NCBI GenBank assembly: GCA_030648395.1
Contig: JAUSHW010000006.1
Coordinates: forward strand, 1-40,971
DNA: 40,971 nucleotides
Origin: Nitrospirales bacterium
GTDB taxonomy: Bacteria > Nitrospirota > Nitrospiria > Nitrospirales > NS-4
Direction of reading: 5' to 3'
Made by a program: the position numbers and the translations under genes. The notes under the pieces were generated by a model. That model did not search any database, was not told the DNA's origin, and worked only from the letters and a program-made list of their open reading frames with translations. Shown here piece by piece: positions 38,720 to 40,971 of the stretch (positions are counted from its first letter, which is position 1; every line of letters begins with the position of its first letter).

Positions 38720-40261
38720 TTACGACCGCTTGCCGGCGGCTCTATTGGAGAGGAACCGGATCAACAGGCGCGCGCCCACGCCCGTCGGGCCTTTCGAGAT
38801 GTAGGCTTGTTCGTGCTCGCTCCAGTCGGTGCTGGCGATGTCGAGGTGTGCCCACACGGCGCCTCCGACGAATTTGCTGAGGAATGCGGCGGCGGTGATG
38901 GTCCCGCCGGGTCGGCCGCCCGTGTTTTTCACGTCGGCCACGTCGCTCTTGATCTGCTCGTAGTATTCCTCCCAGAGCGGCAGTTGCCAGACGCGCTCGC
39001 CGCACTGCTCGCCGGCCGCCTTCAGTTCGCCGATCAGCTTGTCGTTGTTGCCCAGCAAGCCGATGGCGTGTTTGCCCAGCGCCACGGCGCAGGCGCCGGT
39101 CAGGGTCGCGATGTCCACGACGACCGACGGTTTATAGCGGTTGGCGTACGTCAATCCGTCGGCCAGGATCAGCCGTCCCTCGGCGTCGGTGTTGATGACT
39201 TCGATGGTCTTGCCGGAGAGGCTCGTGAGCACGTCGCCGGGCTTGGTCGCGCTGCCTCCCGGCATGTTTTCAGTGGCCGGAATCAATGCGACGATGTTGA
39301 TCGGGAGCCTCAGCCGCGAGGCTGCGCGGACCGCCGCCAGCACGGCGGCGCCGCCGGTCATGTCGGCTTTCATCTGCTCCATGTTGTCGGCCGATTTGAG
39401 CGAGATGCCGCCCGAGTCAAAGGTGACCGTCTTGCCGACAAGCGCGACTGGGTGCGCGCTGCGAGGCCCGCCCCGATATTCCAGGATGACGAACTTTGGC
39501 GGCTCGTGGCTACCCCGGGCGACGCCGAGGAGTGCGCCCATGCCAAGACGCTGCATCGCCGGACGGTCCAGGACCTTGGCGCTCACGCCGCGCTCCCTGG
39601 CGATCTTTTTCGCCTCGTTCGCGATGTAGGTCGGCGTGACGACGTTGGCCGGATGGTTGCAGAGGTCGCGTACGTAGGTCGTGGCTTCTCCAATGATCTG
39701 TCCCTGGCGGACGCCCTGCCGGGCTTGGGCCAGAGCACGAGGGTCGCCGACCACCACGGACATCTTTCGGACGGCCTTGGCGGTTTCGTCTTTGCGCTCC
39801 GTGCGGTACGTCGTGAACTGATAGAGGCCCAGGATCGCGCCTTCCGCGAGGGTTTGTGCGATGTCGCGCACGCGGTTCACGGCAGGGACGGAGGTCAGGA
39901 GAACGGCGAGATCCGGAACGGGAACGGCGAACGATTTGGCGCCTGCGGTACGGATCGCCTTTGCGGCGGAGCCGGTTGCCTGGCGGAGCTTTTCCAGGGA
40001 GGCATCCTTGCGTTTCCCCAATCCCGCGAGCACCACACGTTTGGCGCGCAGGCGCTCCCCCGGAGCGACGTGGAGGATGGATACCTGGCCCAGTCGTCCC
40101 GTGAACTCGCCGCTGGTAATGAGGCCGGCGAGCCGCCCGCGGAGCCGTGCATCGACCGCGGCGGCCGCCGGGGCCAGCCGCCGTTCGCCCTCGCAATGGA
40201 TTAGCAGGACGGCGTCTGCGGGCTCGTCCTCGATACGACTTTTTCGTGCTGTGATGTCCAT
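38720..40261 (-). CDS. pepA: Leucyl aminopeptidase (M17)
   Basis: The C-terminal catalytic domain has VGKTVTFDSGGISLK, NTDAEGRLILAD and ATLTGA. An AAGGAG Shine-Dalgarno sequence precedes the ATG at 40261 (MDITARK); the longer ORF to 40354 overlaps queE. Confidence 0.93.
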   Translation of the reverse strand: MDITARKSRIEDEPADAVLLIHCEGERRLAPAAAAVDARLRGRLAGLITSGEFTGRLGQVSILHVAPGERLRAKRVVLAGLGKRKDASLEKLRQATGSAAKAIRTAGAKSFAVPVPDLAVLLTSVPAVNRVRDIAQTLAEGAILGLYQFTTYRTERKDETAKAVRKMSVVVGDPRALAQARQGVRQGQIIGEATTYVRDLCNHPANVVTPTYIANEAKKIARERGVSAKVLDRPAMQRLGMGALLGVARGSHEPPKFVILEYRGGPRSAHPVALVGKTVTFDSGGISLKSADNMEQMKADMTGGAAVLAAVRAASRLRLPINIVALIPATENMPGGSATKPGDVLTSLSGKTIEVINTDAEGRLILADGLTYANRYKPSVVVDIATLTGACAVALGKHAIGLLGNNDKLIGELKAAGEQCGERVWQLPLWEEYYEQIKSDVADVKNTGGRPGGTITAAAFLSKFVGGAVWAHLDIASTDWSEHEQAYISKGPTGVGARLLIRFLSNRAAGKRS

Positions 40262-40269
40262 AGTCTCCT

Positions 40270-40905
40270 TCACACCCCGCGCATCGCGGGGTCCCAGATG
40301 TATTTGTGCAGTTGAAGCTGGCAGCGGACGGGCAGCCGGTCGGCCAACACCCATTCGGCGAGGGCGCGCGGGTCCTGTTCGCCGAAGACGGGGCTGAACA
40401 GCACTGTGTGGCTGTCCGTCAAGGCGTATTCGCGGACCTTCGCCGCCGCCCAGTCATAATCCTCACGGTCCTTGATGACGAATTTGACTTCGTCCATCGG
40501 CTTGAGCTTCGGAACGTTGGCCCATAAATTGTGGTCGGCCATCCCGCTGCCCGGGCATTTCAGATCCATGATCAGGATGGCGCGCGGATCCACCGGAGTA
40601 ATGTCGGTTGCGCCGCTGGTCTCGATCAGGACCGTGTAGCCCCGGTCGGCCAGGGCGCTGATGAGGGCATGGACCTCGGGTTGCGCCAGCGGCTCGCCGC
40701 CGGTGAGCTCGACCAGCCGGCATCCGTGCTGATCGACTTCGCCCAGGATGTGGTCGAGGCTGCGCTCGGTTCCCCCGTGAAAGGCATAGGCAGTGTCGCA
40801 ACAGGTTCAGCGCAACGGGCATCCCGTCATCCGGACGAAGACACAGGGCCGGCCCGCATGGGTGGATTCCCCCTGGATGCTGAAGAAGATTTCGGTGATG
40901 CGCAT
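40270..40905 (-). pseudogene. queE: 7-carboxy-7-deazaguanine synthase QueE (radical SAM), interrupted as read by one in-frame TGA at the middle Cys codon of CX3CX2C
   Basis: My translation from the ATG at 40905 is [51 protein letters not shown]...LVELTGGEPL...ILIMDLKCPGSG...LQLHKYIWDPAMRGV. This is one continuous frame of 211 codons with a single stop at 40807-40809. The ORF track shows only the 3' part (40270..40593). Confidence 0.75.
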
Positions 40906-40971
40906 GGCAGGTTAGCCCGGATTATTCATGACGGTTCGTGACGAAACCGCGTAGACGCGTTGCGAGACAGG

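Noticed and set aside
40740-40806. SECIS-like hairpin downstream of the queE TGA
   Set aside because: By eye there is only a 6-bp stem with a large irregular interior. No canonical apical-loop arrangement lies at the expected distance. The site is kept as an open question in the findings, not called as a feature.
40906-40971. Possible 3' end of an upstream minus-strand gene (reads ...CLATRLRGFVTNRHE-stop at 40922-40924)
   Set aside because: Only about 16 codons are visible and there is no recognisable motif, so it cannot be supported.

Overview
This is a gene-dense, high-GC bacterial chromosomal segment. Most 60-nt lines I hand-counted are above 60% G+C. Long antisense shadow ORFs lie over almost every real gene. 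The taxon cannot be determined from sequence alone; a Nitrospirota-like lineage is only a weak guess.

Backbone genes, in order:
- gcvT, a NUDIX hydrolase, an AsmA/DUF748-like membrane protein and a GatB/YqeY protein on the + strand
- gcvP on the - strand and an orphan SdhA/FrdA-type flavoprotein
- a long minus-strand housekeeping block with the classic synteny dprA-topA-trmFO-xerC-hslV-hslU-argB
- RNase G, then an RDD-mreB-mreC-mreD-mrdA-rodA cell-shape operon
- a SurA-N/PpiD-like chaperone
- a queE-pepA-nagZ string

No rRNA, tRNA, CRISPR array, transposase or integrase was recognised.

Accessory or unusual content:
1. A Phd/RelE toxin-antitoxin pair and an RCK-gated K+-channel homologue with a non-canonical TVGFSE filter sit between two copies of the 3' end of gcvP, which looks like an insertion scar.
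2. A translationally coupled pair encodes a tandem zinc-ribbon protein and a PqqD/RRE-like domain fused to a class I SAM methyltransferase. It converges on a MarR regulator with a Cys/His-rich tail. This is my best candidate for an undescribed peptide or protein modification module.
3. queE is intact except for one in-frame TGA, exactly at the middle Cys of the radical-SAM CX3CX2C motif.
4. A 1.2-kb low-GC islet between dprA and rng carries a GIY-YIG protein and a secreted protein.
5. A nested palindromic element is inserted in frame in the dprA linker.
6. One protein consists of a tandem desulforedoxin-like domain in which the first Cys ligand is lost.
7. A cupredoxin / small zinc-ribbon / IPT-like secreted protein cluster has an out-of-frame gene overlap.

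All family assignments come from motif recognition by eye. No database search was run.
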